Below, in pieces: positions 63,856-64,000 of a stretch of DNA of 64,000 nucleotides (position 1 is the first letter of the stretch; each line of letters starts with the position of its first letter). Both the position numbers and the translations under genes were made by a program. The notes under the pieces are model-generated. The model was given only the letters and a program-made list of their open reading frames with translations, made no database searches and was not told where the DNA came from. The DNA is from Patescibacteria group bacterium (GTDB taxonomy: Bacteria; Patescibacteriota; Minisyncoccia; Phycocordibacterales; JACOZG01): the NCBI GenBank assembly GCA_038065495.1, contig JBBTQW010000002.1:81321-145320 (forward strand). Reading direction: 5' to 3'.

Positions 63856-64000
63856 CTAATTATAACCCACTTTTTTCACATCCCAAAGCTCTTTGCCCAC
63901 ATATTTTTCCACTTTTTCTAAGTCAGTTAATAACTTGGTTTCGGCTGCTTTTTCTTCGTGAGCCAAGTCACGAGTCAGCTTAGCTTGATGTAAGATATTT
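63856..64000 (-). CDS. 3' end of a minus-strand gene running off the window (C-terminal 48 aa: ...AKLTRDLAHEEKAAETKLLTDLEKVEKYVGKELWDVKKVGYN)
   Basis: Frame is open to the window edge and ends at TAG (complement of 63856-63858). Not in the ORF track because less than 60 aa lies inside the window. Confidence 0.3.
   Translation of the reverse strand, partial: NILHQAKLTRDLAHEEKAAETKLLTDLEKVEKYVGKELWDVKKVGYN

Noticed and set aside
1-64000. Scan for CRISPR arrays, rRNA genes, IS/transposase or integrase genes
   Set aside because: No regularly spaced direct repeats with unique spacers, no 16S/23S/5S-like conserved blocks, and no DDE or tyrosine-recombinase motifs were seen in any listed ORF.

Overview
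The window is a gene-dense, mostly minus-strand stretch of a small bacterial chromosome. Genes are compact, several housekeeping proteins are shortened (CysS 369 aa, Obg 322 aa, ProS 417 aa without an editing insertion, HolB-like 241 aa, YchF 329 aa), and cohesin-like surface proteins are present. Together these suggest a reduced-genome lineage such as Patescibacteria/CPR, but that is inference only.

Core content:
- Replication and repair: dnaB, recR, priA-like, holB-like, dnaQ-like exonuclease, rmuC, an MGMT-domain protein.
- Translation: cysS, lysS, proS, leuS, def-fmt, frr, hpf, rplU, mnmA, obg, ychF, and tRNA-Glu(CUC), tRNA-Asn(GUU), tRNA-Ala(GGC).
- Cell envelope: a dcw block mraZ-rsmH-ftsL-ftsI-murF, an elongasome block mreB-mreC-mreD-pbp2, a second mreB paralog, mltG, rseP, and a class-A beta-lactamase-fold protein.
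- Metabolism and other: ino1, NDH-2, a SAM-methyltransferase, a Leu/Val/Phe-type amino-acid dehydrogenase, zupT, ppiB, a DEAD-box helicase, greA, an HlyD-type adaptor.

Most notable non-core observations:
1. leuS carries an in-frame insertion of about 470 bp encoding a complete DUF559 (Vsr-like endonuclease-fold) domain, bounded by two identical 19-bp GC-rich near-palindromes. It looks like a miniature mobile element sitting inside an essential gene.
2. Two tandem small genes encode standalone RNA polymerase alpha-CTD-like (HhH) domains, each with its own near-identical TTGACA-N17-TAAGAAT promoter and its own strong terminator.
3. A roughly 170-nt intergenic transcription unit with a consensus sigma70 promoter, a UUCG-loop intrinsic terminator and no ORF is a candidate sRNA.
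4. A strongly promoted gene has a 3' half that translates like non-coding, GC-rich RNA.
5. A GIY-YIG nuclease gene next to tRNA-Glu is flanked by a two-block inverted repeat.
6. GC-rich accessory islets encode secreted proteins: a dockerin-like protein, an S1 protease, a PEP-CTERM protein with no exosortase in the window, and an orphan cytosolic protein.
7. After tRNA-Ala, a surface-protein cluster holds a cohesin-like anchored protein, a GW-repeat protein, and a beta-helical fibre with an internal phage-type S74 intramolecular-chaperone domain.

No CRISPR array, rRNA or recognisable transposase was seen.
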